From NCBI RefSeq assembly GCF_001447785.1, contig NW_015160915.1:181960-245959 (forward strand): a stretch of 64,000 nt of DNA. Reading direction: 5' to 3'. Source of the stretch: Gekko japonicus. Lineage: Eukaryota. A model generated the notes under the pieces. That model was not told the DNA's origin. It worked only from the letters and a program-made list of their open reading frames with translations, and made no database searches. The translations under genes were made by a program, and so were the position numbers. Of the stretch, positions 23,601 to 33,450 are shown piece by piece; position 1 is the first letter of the stretch; each line of letters opens with the position of its first letter.

Positions 23601-25051
23601 TTTCAGTCTACTCTACCTTACAGGGTTGTTGCACAGATAAAAAAAAGGAGGCAAGCATAATAATGTAAACTACTCTGGTCAGCACTGTGGAGAAGGATGG
23701 GCTACAAATGAAGTAAATAATAAACATAGCTGAAGATGGGAGGCAGTTAAAAGGTCGGCTGGTGAATGGCTGAGAAGGCGAGAATGAAGGCAGGCAAGGG
23801 GGAAGGAGGGTACAGGGTCTGCCAGGAGGAGGAAAATAGGAAAGAGTACTTGGGCAGCTGTTGATATTACACCCTTGTACTTGGGCAGCTGTTGATATTA
23901 CACCCTTGTACTTGGGCAGCTGTTGATATTACACCCTTGTACTTGGGCAGCTGTTGATATTACACCCTTGTACTTGGGCAGCTGTTGATATTACCCATTT
24001 GCCCGGTGGGAGCTCCACAGTGTTTTGTTCAGATGTCTCAAGTTGCAGCAGCTGAGCATAGCCAAAGGCAGTCCTGTAGGCATGTGGGTTTTGGGCCAGG
24101 AAGGGCTTTGGAGGTGACCGCCAGTACCTTGAACTGAACCCGGAAACTAATCGGTAACCAATGGAGCAGTTATAGAATGTGTTCAATATGCATTCTCTGC
24201 CTAGGTCCTATTGGTGAAATGAGCACTGGCGTTTCATGCCAGCTGAAAATCACTGCACCCGCCTGCCTCCACACATATCGTGGCATCAGAAATGCACAGG
24301 ATTATGTGTCATGGTGGGAGGGACGTTCCTTGTTAGGCCTGCCCTGGGCATCTGCTTATGTACCACACTCACGTACAGAGCCAGAATAAAGAAAGAAACC
24401 AAAGTTATGACATTGAAAACAGGACTGTTCCAGGGTGGGCTTTCCTGTTGTTGGAGCTTATATGTTGATGTGTTTAGTTTTTCTTCTGGGGGTGAATTGA
24501 TCTCCCAGCTGATTCTGTGTCTCTTCTGTCACCATTTCTTCCCAACAGCCACGGTAACTGTGGATCCAGCCTCAGCTAGTTCCCATGCTGTCCTCTGTTT
24601 GAATCAGGAAACCATAGAATGGCAAAGTGAAACTCAAGACCTCTCTGAAGATCCTGAGAAACGCTACGGCTTTGTGTTGGGCCGTGAGGGATTCACAACA
24701 GGCTGCCATTTTTGGGAAGTCGATGTATTCGGGGAAGGCTGGGCTGTGGGGGTGGCCAGAAAGCCTGTGAAGGGTAGGGTCACCTTGACTCCTGAGGAGG
24801 GGATCTGGGCTGTGGGGAGGTGGAAGGGCCAGTACAAGGTTTTCGTAAAGGGCACTGACCCTCCCCTGACCATGATGTTGGAATCTGACAGTATTCGAAT
24901 CTGTCTGAACTACGAGGGGAGGGCTGTGGCCTTTTACGATGCCGACACAACAGGCCTTCTCAACGAGTTCTCTGGAGCCTCCTTCTCTGGAGAGACCCTT
25001 TATCCTTTCTTTGCTGTATATGATAGTGGCTGCCTGTGGCTCAGCCCTTAA
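5656..25051 (+). CDS. TRIM gene 1 (intact, spliced): C-IV tripartite-motif E3 ligase, TRIM27/RFP-, TRIM39-like, 476 aa
   Basis: Exons 5656-6084, 11811-11906, 13657-13887, 15322-15344, 18968-19083, 20282-20314 and 24549-25051. All introns are GT-AG with compatible phases (0,0,0,2,1,1); total 1431 bp with no internal stop. The 96/231/23-bp exon run is typical of C-IV TRIM genes. Orthology cannot be determined by eye. Confidence 0.93.
6665..7044 (+). mobile_element. Penelope-like retroelement terminal fragment
   Basis: 11-bp TSD CATAGAACAGA (6654-6664, 7045-7055); absent from the gene 3 paralogous intron. Contains GCACACGAAAGCTCATAC...AATAAACC..GGTCTTAAAGGTGC, typical of reptile Penelope-like ends. 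Confidence 0.6.
8323..9065. mobile_element. Non-autonomous hAT DNA transposon containing a (GAAA)n tract
   Basis: TIRs (A)AGGGGTGGCCAAAC / GTTTGGCCACCCCTG and 8-bp TSD GTATAGCC. Empty site in gene 3 at ~53825. Confidence 0.85.
9066..9250 (+). mobile_element. 5S rRNA-derived SINE (5S-Sauria/SINE3 type); other copies at ~37404-37600, ~47310-47440 and ~53824-54010
   Basis: 5S-like head GCCCGATCTC..GATCTCGGAAGCTAAGCAGGG..GTTAGTACTTGGATGGGAGAC joined to a BovB-like tail (GGCAATGGCAAACCAC...). Confidence 0.75.
10310..10740 (-). mobile_element. L1-like LINE 3' fragment
   Basis: T-rich start (poly-A on the minus strand) and AT-rich body resembling the end of L1 ORF2 and its 3'UTR. Confidence 0.4.
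11811..11906 (+). CDS. TRIM gene 1 exon 2 (96 bp, coiled-coil start)
   Basis: TTTCTTCAG| DKIFDCLETLRTEREEILEYIQDVEDESQELL |GTAAGT. Confidence 0.92.
12062..12836. mobile_element. Penelope-like insertion with inverted arms, a hammerhead-like motif and a nested SINE
   Basis: 15-bp TSD CTGTCAC(C/A)GAAAATA at 12047 and 12837. Arms 12064-12412 and 12727-12795 are reverse complements once the SINE is removed. Empty site in genes 2 and 3. Confidence 0.6.
12079..12354 (-). mobile_element. Squam3-type tRNA-derived SINE; other copies at 31009-31290 (-, TSD TCATGAA), 38718-38975 (-) and 56288-56636 (+)
   Basis: Pol III A-box TGGTGTAGTGG and B-box-like GGTTTGATTCCC, CORE-like CCTCACAGGGTGTCTGTTGTG, and a (TTC)n/(TTTC)n tail. 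Confidence 0.8.
13657..13887 (+). CDS. TRIM gene 1 exon 3 (231 bp, coiled-coil)
   Basis: CTCCAG| RRTESERQTRVAEFRTLHQLL...EMEEKHQQAGNELLQ |GTAAGA. Confidence 0.93.
14625..15242 (+). mobile_element. 5'-truncated CR1 LINE 3' end
   Basis: ORF reads LEKVQKRATRMIKGLE..RLGLFSLEKRRLRGDMIEV..TRGHSMKL..FFTQRVINTWNSLP, the CR1 ORF2 C-terminus. Tail CTTATGTTCTTATG. Absent from genes 2 and 3. Confidence 0.92.
15322..15344 (+). CDS. TRIM gene 1 exon 4 (23-bp micro-exon)
   Basis: CCTTCCAG| DVRSTLQ(R) |GTAAGT; conserved in all three paralogs. Confidence 0.9.
16644..16849. mobile_element. hAT MITE (~206 bp)
   Basis: TIRs CAGTGTTCCCTCTAAGCTG / CAGCTTAGAGGGAACGTTA and 8-bp TSD GTCAAGAG. Confidence 0.85.
17055..18306. 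mobile_element. Solo LTR with a nested hAT MITE
   Basis: TG...CA ends and 5-bp TSD GATGC (17050-17054, 18307-18311). Empty site in gene 3 at ~60292. Confidence 0.7.
17902..18107. mobile_element. hAT MITE, same family as 16644 in opposite orientation; partial copies at ~43060-43202 and ~59725-59910
   Basis: TIRs CAATGTTCCCTCTAAGCTG / CAGCTTAGAGGGAACACTG and 8-bp TSD GTGCCCAT. Confidence 0.85.
18968..19083 (+). CDS. TRIM gene 1 exon 5 (116 bp, linker)
   Basis: TCTTTAG| (R)FEKKETFENPEAFPIELTCPVRYRRHKRFLELAMLRFR |GTCAGA; phase 2 to 1. Confidence 0.87.
20282..20314 (+). CDS. TRIM gene 1 exon 6 (33 bp)
   Basis: TTCTCCAG| (D)ILRWAFPERR |GTAAAT; paralogous exons at 38266 and 62909. Confidence 0.85.
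22882..23476. mobile_element. Insertion with ~70-bp inverted arms (Penelope-like)
   Basis: 22918-22987 is the reverse complement of 23402-23474. Degenerate TSD TTGCT(G/A)CT(G/A)TTCA(G/A)GA. Confidence 0.5.
23846..23996 (+). repeat. 31-bp minisatellite, ~5 copies
   Basis: GTACTTGGGCAGCTGTTGATATTACACCCTT repeated in tandem. Confidence 0.95.
24549..25051 (+). CDS. TRIM gene 1 exon 7: PRY/SPRY (B30.2) domain
   Basis: CCAACAG| (A)TVTVDPAS..VLGREGFTTGCHFWEVDV..WAVGVAR..PEEGIWAV..IRICLNYEGRAVAFYDA..FSGETLYPFF..LSP*. Confidence 0.95.
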
Positions 25052-25708
25052 GGCTTTCAGAATCCCCTCAGAGGCCATAATGGTGTTTATGACACCAGGA
25101 AGATTAATGAAGAACACCTAAGATTTCTTACCAACGAGCCCCTTTCCTGGTTCAATAAGAAGCTTCTACAGGTTCCCAGTCACCAAAAACTAACAAAATG
25201 GTACCTGTTTTCCCCTGAGAGCTCTTTCTCCTTGGCCTGTTTTTTCTAAAAAAGGACAGTAACACATTAACTGTCACCAATAACCCTCGCAACCAGTTTG
25301 AAGATAAAGGGAGAAGTAAGAAATCTGGGTCTTCAGGCCTCCAGTCTCTCCCCCTCCCCCCAACAATCATTTCCGGTTTTCCTCCCATCCCTCACTAGAT
25401 CTGGAGGTGCTTGATCTGCCTTAGTTCAGGGATAAACGACACAAAATGTTCAAGGCAAGATCATTGGCGTATTGTAACACCTGTTTAAGAAACTAGCGTG
25501 AATGAAAGGTTGGTTTCCAAGTGGTCTGCAGCACAGATCGTGCAACAGTTAAAACTGATTCAGGTGAATGGCCGTGTTGGTCTGAAGCAGAACGTTTTAT
25601 TCTGGGTATAAGCTTGAAGAATAAATAAAACTTTGTTGGTGTAAAGGGTGCCACTGGACTCGAACTTTGTTCTACAGTTTAAAACATCAATGTTCAGAGC
25701 ACTTAAAG

Positions 25709-25906
25709 CAGTGGTTCTCAACCTTCCTAATGCCGCGACCCTTTAATACAGTTCCTCGTGTTGTGGTGACCCCCCAACCATAAAATTATTTTCGTTGCTA
25801 TCATAAGACCATCGAAAATTTGTGTTTTCCGATGGTCTTAGGCGACCCCTGTGAAAGGGTCGTTCGGCCCCCAAAGGGGTCGCGACCCACAGGTTGAGAA
25901 CCACTG
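25709..25906 (-). mobile_element. SPIN (Space Invader) hAT MITE
   Basis: TIR CAGTGGTTCTCAACCT, with internal GTGGGTCGCGACCCCTTTGGGGG..CGACCCTTTCACAGGGGTCGCCTAAGACCATCGGAAAACAC and ..GAGGAACTGTATTAAAGGGTCGCGGCATTAGGAAGG as I recall SPIN ends. 8-bp TSD ACTTAAAG. Confidence 0.88.
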
Positions 25907-27069
25907 ACTTAAAGGGATGCGGAACAGACCCAAAACCAACCCAAACACTCAGATGTACAAGAGCACCACCAACTGGTACGAGTGCTTATATAACTGAGGG
26001 TGTGCAAAAAAAATATATTCGGTATTTTTCAGGTTTGAGTATATTGAGCCCCTATCTGGCCCGAAAGTAACTGACTCTGTGCTGCTTCCTGTTTCTTACA
26101 TCACAGCTCCTTTTGCCCAGTCTCTCCTATTTCCTGCTTCATATGAGAGAAAGAAAGCCTTCCTTCGATTGGCTGAGCCCCCCCCTGGGAAGGAGAGAGA
26201 NNNNNNNNNNNNNNNNNNNNNNNNNNNNNNNNNNNNNNNNNNNNNNNNNNNNNNNNNNNNNNNNNNNNNNNNNNNNNNNNNNNNNNNNNNNNNNNNNNNN
26301 NNNNNNNNNNNNNNNNNNNNNNNNNNNNNNNNNNNNNNNNNNNNNNNNNNNNNNNNNNNNNNNNNNNNNNNNNNNNNNNNNNNNNNNNNNNNNNNNNNNN
26401 NNNNNNNNNNNNNNNNNNNNNNNNNNNNNNNNNNNNNNNNNNNNNNNNNNNNNNNNNNNNNNNNNNNNNNNNNNNNNNNNNNNNNNNNNNNNNNNNAAAG
26501 AGAGTCAGTCCCATGTTTAAGACTAACGTTTTATTCCAGATAAAAGCTTTTGTGTGTTTGCACACTTTGGGGGGGGGGAGAGCACACCAGAGAGAGAGAG
26601 AGTGAATCCCATGGCACTTGGAGAGATCCCCCTTTCCATTTCTAACAGATGAGGGGAGAAACCTAACAGCACAGTGTGGTGTTCGGAGGGTTCAAAGAAG
26701 ACACAAGACAAACGGTTGCTGGAAAATAACTCTCGCCAGGCTTGAGCAGATATATTTATTGAAAATAATTCCCCCACTCCCCTCCTTTCCCTTCGTCAGG
26801 GAAAGTTACAGAAAGTTACAGGCATACGTTCATGGCATGGAATGTGTTGATCTCAACCTTACAGCTCCTTATCTCTTGTCTCCCTGCCAAGGTAGCTTCT
26901 CACGATGAACGCAGCAGATGTTAATTTGCCCTGTCCAATTAGTCTGATACCTGGGTTCCCAACCTTGTTCCAGGAGATCAGGCAGGAGACCAGTGCCCTC
27001 ATGCGGGTTTGCCACGCAGTCAGCACGGCCCTCCTACAGCACAGCTTACATTTCTTATTAGTGAAAGGG

Positions 27070-27500
27070 AGCAAGAGTCCAGCAGCACCTTAATGACTAA
27101 CAAAATTTGTGGCAGGGCATGAGCTTTCATGAATCACTGCTCACTTCTTCAGATACAGCTGGAATGTGAGTCCATCTGTCCTTATATCTTGGAGACTGAA
27201 GTGATTTCAGATGCCAAATGGCAAATGGTAACGAAAGAAGAAACCTCGACCTCAGTTCAGTCTAGGAGTTTGCATTGTCTTGAGCTTCATGATCAGTTGC
27301 AATTCAGCAGTCTCTCTAATCTCCCTTTGAAATTCCTTTGTAAGAGAACTGCTACTCTTAGGTCAGCAACTGAATGCCCTGGAAGGTTAAAATGTTCTCC
27401 CACTGTTTTCTGAATGTTGTGGTTTCTAATAGCAGTAGAAAGAGTAAGAGTCTAGTAGCACCTTTATGGACTACAAAATTGTGGTAGGGTATGTGCTTTT
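27070..27500 (-). mobile_element. Penelope-like retroelement fragment (GIY-YIG endonuclease C-terminus plus terminal repeat)
   Basis: Minus strand reads ..KTVGEHFNLPGHSVADLRVAVLLQRNFKG..; the terminal motif is duplicated at ~27070 and ~27445. Confidence 0.7.
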
Positions 27501-28079
27501 GTGAGTCATCCTCCTGGACTAAATCCTCCTGTACCAAATTGAGACCTAGGTTTCCTGTCTCATTACCAATGCACCCCTCTGCATATCACACCTAATCCAA
27601 TCACGCCTGCTATTGCCATTCAGCATCTGAAATGATCTTTATAAAGTTTGTATCTCTGGTACTTTATGTTACGTTTCATGGCACATGCGGCCCGGCCCAA
27701 CAAAGTGACATTTATGTCAGATCCAGCCCTCATATCAAATGAGTTCAACACCTCTGTATTAAAGGCTTCGCCTCGTGTTTGCTTTTGTGTTTTTCTTCAG
27801 GCTTAAAACATTCTAGTCCCTTAGCCTACCACATGGCCATTTTCCTTTCTATTTGAGTTATTGCATTTCCTAGAAACACAGCAGGAGCAAGCTCCATGGG
27901 TGAACCACACTTCATTTTATCCTCTGTGAGGTAAGTAAGGCCAAGACCTGTGACCTGCCCAAGCGTTAGTCTCAGAGCTGAGGGAGAATAAGGTGAAACT
28001 GAATCCTTAACAACACAGACGTGATCCTGGTTAGTAAGGCTGCTGTTGTCCATGGGGTTTTGCTTCCCACTGTAGAACG

Positions 28080-28715
28080 AAGGAGCAAAGCTTTTCTTGA
28101 AGGACACCATGAAAAGCTTAGGAGTGTTTCTTGATCTAGCTCTCTCGCTGGAGAACCACCTGAATATGGTGGCAGAAAAAAATATGCCTCCCCCCCCCCC
28201 CCCCTTTGTTGTGACTCATGATCTTTTGTTTACCGNNNNNNNNNNNNNNNNNNNNNNNNNNNNNNNNNNNNNNNNNNNNNNNNNNNNNNNNNNNNNNNNN
28301 NNNNNNNNNNNNNNNNNNNNNNNNNNNNNNNNNNNNNNNNNNNNNNNNNNNNNNNNNNNNNNNNNNNNNNNNNNNNNNNNNNNNNNNNNNNNNNNNNNNN
28401 NNNNNNNNNNNNNNNNNNNNNNNNNNNNNNNNNNNNNNNNNNNNNNNNNNNNNNNNNNNNNNNNNNNNNNNNNNNNNNNNNNNNNNNNNNNNNNNNNNAA
28501 ATTTCCCCCCCCCCCCCCCCAGCTTCATGTGACTCCAGATCATTTTCTTTACAGACATCCGATCTGGCCACGCTGATCCTCACTGTGAGTAATCTCCAAG
28601 GCTGGATTATTTATAACTTTGTGCTGGGCCGCCCTTGGAGATGATCTGGAAACTTCAGCTGCTGAACACTGGGGCAGCCAGCTTGTTATCTGTGGCTAAT
28701 AAATGGGAGCATGTA
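28080..28715 (+). mobile_element. Degenerate L2-type LINE fragment (another on the minus strand at ~39190-39400)
   Basis: Motifs KSLGVFLD..LSLENH, DLATL..SRLDY-like and KLQLL..AA.LL of an RT C-terminal region. Confidence 0.55.
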
Positions 28716-29606
28716 TTGGAGTTCCCAACTCCCATTTCCTGGAGCTTTGCAAGTGAAGTCTGGGGAGAACAGAATTTTTTTGGGGGGAGCTCAGCATGGA
28801 TGAGGTACTGTTACCCAAAGTGGTCCCCAAGAAGGGAAATACTAGCTTTAAAAGGGTTCCAGAAAGGAATCGTGCAGGATCTTAGTCTATGTATACCAGG
28901 ATGAATCTCGGCAGGGGTAACCCCACGATAAAATATGAAGAACAGGAGAGTGTGAGAGTGATTTTAAAGACAGACCGCTTTATTTTATACAAATAAATAG
29001 GGGGGAAGTTTTTTTTTTTAAAAAAACCCCTACACTAAGCACCTGAGAGAACTAATTCCCTAAGTAGTCCCCCACACACCAGCAACAGGGTATACCACCT
29101 AACAGTGAGAAGGGAGGAAACTGGGAAGTTTTAGGGAAGGGACAGACAACCTTAAATCCAGGGCTTGAAGTCTGGAGAGGTCCAGGGGCAGATGCAGCAA
29201 AAAGGAGCCTGCAAAGCAGCTGTAGGGGTGTTCAGGTAGTAGGAGGACCTGGCACATTTCTCAGTTGGGATGGTCTTTTATGGGGAAGGGTCCCATAGCT
29301 GAACCCACTTTCCCAGGAGCATGATTGGTCCAAGATATGAAATTTTAACTTGACTAGGCAATTTCAAGGGAACTGCTGTCAAAACCTGGTGGGAGGATTA
29401 GTAGGGATATACATGACATTCCAAGGTGGGGTGATCCTTGGTGTATATTGACAACATTGTGTTGACGAAGTATCACTTAGAGAGATTGTTGTATTAGGCA
29501 TATCTTGGAGTTTACTGAAAGGATTTTCATTAGTTGTAGATTTTCCAGGCTGTATGGCCGTGGTCATAGTATTTTAGGACCTGATGTTTCGTCAGTCACT
29601 GTGACT

Positions 29607-29785
29607 GAGCTCTTTTTGTAGCAGGAACTCCTTTGCATATTAGGAGACACACTCCTAATGTAGCCAATCCTCCAAGAGCTTACAGTAGCCCCTGGAAGAA
29701 GAGCTTTGTAAACTCTTGGAGGATTGGCTACATTAGAGGTGTGTCACCTAATATGCAAAGGAGTTCCTGCTACAAAAAGAGCCCT
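29607..29785. mobile_element. Palindromic MITE ~300 bp upstream of the gene 2 ATG
   Basis: GCTCTTTTTGTAGCAGGAACTCCTTTGCATATTAGG... mirrored by ...CCTAATATGCAAAGGAGTTCCTGCTACAAAAAGAGC; almost the whole element is a hairpin. Confidence 0.75.
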
Positions 29786-29939
29786 AACTGGCCGTGAAAG
29801 CCTTCAACAAGAAAGGATCTTCGTTCTTAAGAACAAATATGCCACTTGAGCTGGGTAAGATTGCACAATTACAGTACACCTTTTCTCCTAAAACCAATGC
29901 TCACCCCACCTTGGAAGCAAGCAGCCCCTGAAATCTCTC

Positions 29940-30082
29940 ACGCTTTGAATACAGCCGGGTGACGCAGCAAGTCAGCAGAAATGCGCAGTCATTTCCAGGA
30001 AGGGAAACACCCACAAATCTCAGCTTGGAAGCAGCGAAATCGGAAGTAAGATCCCGGCTTTCTCTTTAGGGGTAAGGCAGCC
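29940..30082 (+). promoter_or_regulatory. Proximal promoter of TRIM gene 2
   Basis: GAS TTCCAGGAA 29993-30001 abutting GGGAAACACC, then CTTGGAAG and CGGAAGT; homologous to genes 1 and 3. Confidence 0.55.
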
Positions 30083-30490
30083 ATGGCTACCGGGGATCTG
30101 GTCAGGGAGCTCCGTGAGGAACTCACCTGTCCCATCTGCTTGGAGTATTTCAGGGATCCGGTGACCATTGCCACCTGCGGCCACAGTTTCTGCGGAGAGT
30201 GCCTGACCGGCTGCTGGAGGGGAAGGAGGCTTTCCTGCCTGCTGTGTAAAGAGGCCGCTGAGCCAAGGAACGTCCGGCCTAATCGGCAGCTGGCAAACAT
30301 GGTCAAAATAGCCAAAAAACTCAGTCTCCAGAGGCGACAAGCCGAGGAGGGAATCTGTGAAAGACACCGGGAGCCCCTGGAGCTTTTCTGCCCAACGGAT
30401 GAGATCCTCATTTGTAGGGTCTGTGGCCGATCCGAGGAGCACGGAAGTCATGAGGCGATTCCTGCAGATGAGGCTGCCCAGGATTACAAG
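30083..30490 (+). CDS. TRIM gene 2 exon 1: RING + B-box2
   Basis: GCCATGG; CPICLEYFRDPVTIATCGHSFCGEC..CLLC; CERHREPLELFC..D..ICRVC..EHGSH; AAG|GTAGGA. Confidence 0.9.
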
Positions 30491-31640
30491 GTAGGAAACT
30501 GTGGGGATCCTTTTATTTCTCTGTAGATTTCCTCCTACGAGTCCTGTGCTTCGGCTAAGATGGCCTTCCCTGCACTGGAGTAAGTAGCCCGCCTCCCATG
30601 ACGGGGGAGGGATAAGCTAAAGCAGCCATAGTGCAGAGAGACCGAAAATCATCACTTTAGTGCCTGGGGACTGCTGAAGAAGAAAGCCCCCGAAATATCC
30701 ACATTCATGACCACTGGTGCATTCTGGCTTTATAAGTGTCCAGTGCTTGGTAGAAGAACAAAGTTTGAGGGCAGTGGCTCCTTTAAGACCAACAAATTTT
30801 TATTCTGGATATAAGCTTTCATGAATGCACACACACACACACTTCTGAACATTGTTCTGCTGCTCAAAACTTGTCCTTCTGCTTCAAAACAACACGGCTA
30901 CCTACCTGAATCAACACTTGGTAGATTTGCCTGCTTGTCTCTCATAGCCTTCTCGAGTTTGAATCCAAGCCTCTCGGTGGGAATAATGTCTGTGTGAACA
31001 ATCATGAAGAAGAGGAGGAGGAGATTGGATTTATACCCCGCCCTTCACTACCCAAAGGTGTCTCAGAGCGGCTTACAAACTCCTTTCCCTTCCCCTCCCC
31101 ACAACAGACACCCTGTGAGGTGGGTGGGGCTGAGAGAGCTCTTGACATAAACTGCTCTTTTTCAAGGACAGCTCATATCAGAAGTGTGGCTTGCCCACGG
31201 TCATCCAGCGGGTACAAGTGGAGGAGTGGAGAATCAAACCCGGTTCTCCCAGATTAGAGTCCGCGCACTTAACCACTACACCACACTGGCTCATGAACTT
31301 GAGACTGTCATTGTCTTGCAGCCTAACCTACCTCACAGGGCTGTTGTGAGGATAAAATGGAGGCGGGGGGAGCCAGGTTGTATGCCCCTCTGGCGTCCAT
31401 TGGCTCTCCTACAAAAAGACAGCTATTAGCCAGCTGAGGAAAAAAACTTTCAAGGTATGGAGAGACTCTCAGGGACCTCCCCCGCCCCATGCACAAGACC
31501 TTGCAAGGCCAGGAAAGGAACCAAGTGTGTTGTTTCAATTAACTGTTTCTCTTTCTCTTTGATTTTTTAATGCATGTGTGTTTTAAAATTGAAAAAAAAC
31601 AACAAATGAACTAATGCAGAAGGCTTCCCCCCGCTTTCAG

Positions 31641-31736
31641 GATAAGATCTTTAACTGCCTGGAGACTTTGAAGACCAAGAAAGAGAACATTCTGGTATAC
31701 ATAGAAGAAGTTGGAGACAAAAGCCGAGAAATGCTT
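31641..31736 (+). CDS. TRIM gene 2 exon 2 (96 bp)
   Basis: TTTCAG| DKIFNCLETLKTKKENILVYIEEVGDKSREML |GTAAGT. Confidence 0.88.
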
Positions 31737-31777
31737 GTAAGTGCCACAATTGCTGGGAAGTGAACAAGAACTGGGAC

Positions 31778-31991
31778 TAGGGTTGCCAGCCTCCAGGTGG
31801 GGCCTGGAGATCTCCCACTTTTACCACTGATCCCCACCTGACAGAGATCAGCTCCTCTGGAGAAAATGGCTGCTTTGAAGGGTGGTCTCTATGGCACTGT
31901 ACTGTGCTGAAGCCCCTCCCCAAACCCCGCCCTCTCCCGGCTCCACCCCCAAAGTCCCCAGATATTTTCCAACCCAGACCTGGCAACCCTA
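31778..31991. mobile_element. hAT MITE (TAGGGTTGCCA family)
   Basis: TIRs TAGGGTTGCCAG / CTGGCAACCCTA and 8-bp TSD ACTGGGAC. Empty site in genes 1 and 3. Confidence 0.85.
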
Positions 31992-32229
31992 ACTGGGACT
32001 AGTATCAGGGAAAACAATGCAGGAAGACTCCAAAGCCACAAGATAGCCCCAGTCCTCAGGACAGATATCTGCCATTCAGAATGGCCTCGTCTGTCACAGA
32101 AAATAGTCAGCCTAATTTGGCTAAAGGGCCAAACAACATCTCTTATTCCCTTTTTCCTGGATTTTGCCACCTCTTACAATAGACAACCACAGAAGCTGCA
32201 GTCTGGATTAAAAGACAGAGGAGGAGGGT

Positions 32230-33450
32230 TGTTTTTTGTTTTGTTTTTAAAGCTTTCAAAAGTATATTTTTATTCTTTTACTTATACATTCAAATTCAGA
32301 GAAAGAAACAAAAACTCAAAAGCATCCAAGGGGTATACTGTAAATGAATGTATAGTGCTTAAACTATGAACTTTAAGGAACCCTGGTTAAAATCTAAATG
32401 ATCTTATTTACTATACTTTACTCAACATTTTATCTAATGTCTCCTCTGAACGTTTGCACCATTGATTAGTGTTATTGACCGTTCAATAGATGTAAACTTA
32501 TTCAACTGTCCAGATTATTAGAGTGAGCAATGCATTATAAGAACAACCACCTGTGATAATTCATGTTTGTGGGGAGAATTTCGTATTTTGACATATATTT
32601 CACCACCGGTGACCGGAGCCTTCTAAATTTCATATGTGATGTGGTGTAAGGTGTCTGGGTCTCTCGACTTAGGCCAATTAATTTTAGCCATGACAAACTG
32701 TTCCCATAGCTTATCATGGCAGAGATACAGTGTGGGGGAATTAGGGGACTTCCATACAGAGGCTATTGTTAGTTTAGCTGTTGCAAGAAGAAGCGACGTG
32801 AGGTTCCTCCTGTCTTCTTTCGCGGAGTCATCCCATCTACTCAGCAATACCTCTACCCATTGTGCCCTCTGCATACTTTTATATGCACCAGGGCTCTAAT
32901 TAAACTAGAACATATCTGATTATTACAAACCAAATTACAAGGTGTAGTGAAAGCACATTTCTTCCAGCAAGTGGAGTCATTACTTCTATTAATTTTGTTT
33001 AGTTGTTTTGGGGTCATGTGCCATCTCGTAAGTAATTTGAAATTCTGTAGACGAAGATTAAATATCGTAGACTTGTTCATTGGGGAGGCCCAGATCAATT
33101 CCCAATCTTTGTCTTCCCATTGCTGATTTAGATCCTCTTCCCAACGGAGTTGGTAATTTAACTTTGTTCTGGTTTCTGTTGTCACTATCACCTTATAAAT
33201 TTTAGACAGTAACCCTTTTGATGTGGTTGGGTATAACTTTATAATCTTTTCCATACTTGTCAGGTCTCTCTGGAATATGCCTTGACTTTCCATGGTTTCA
33301 GTTAGATTCTTCAACTGAAGATATTGATGCCAATGCATTGGTGCACCGATACACTGGTCAAAATATTTTTTTATCCTTAATTTTCCCTTGATGTGCTAAA
33401 TCACACAGCCGGCTAAAATTTGCCCCTGTCTAATCCGCAAATGCATTAGG
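32230..33450 (-). mobile_element. L1/Tx1-like LINE ORF2 C-terminal fragment
   Basis: LSKIYK..WEEDL..W..NLRLQNFKLLTRWHMTPKQLNKI..CWKKC and AKLTIASVWK; several lesions. Confidence 0.8.

Noticed and set aside
24236-24548. Stand-alone SPRY ORF with its own start
   Set aside because: The upstream part is intron; a canonical acceptor at 24548 fits the phase of exon 6.
5656-25051. Assigning a gene symbol (TRIM27, TRIM39, TRIM7, TRIM10)
   Set aside because: These are lineage-specific paralogs; orthology needs a phylogeny.
28185-28555. Direct repeat flanking the N-gap
   Set aside because: Poly-C followed by a degraded copy of the same sequence looks like a low-quality read end, i.e. an assembly artefact.
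28890-29460. Possible additional solo LTRs (also ~41590-42410 and ~54300-54590)
   Set aside because: LTR-like composition, but I could not find convincing paired termini plus a TSD.
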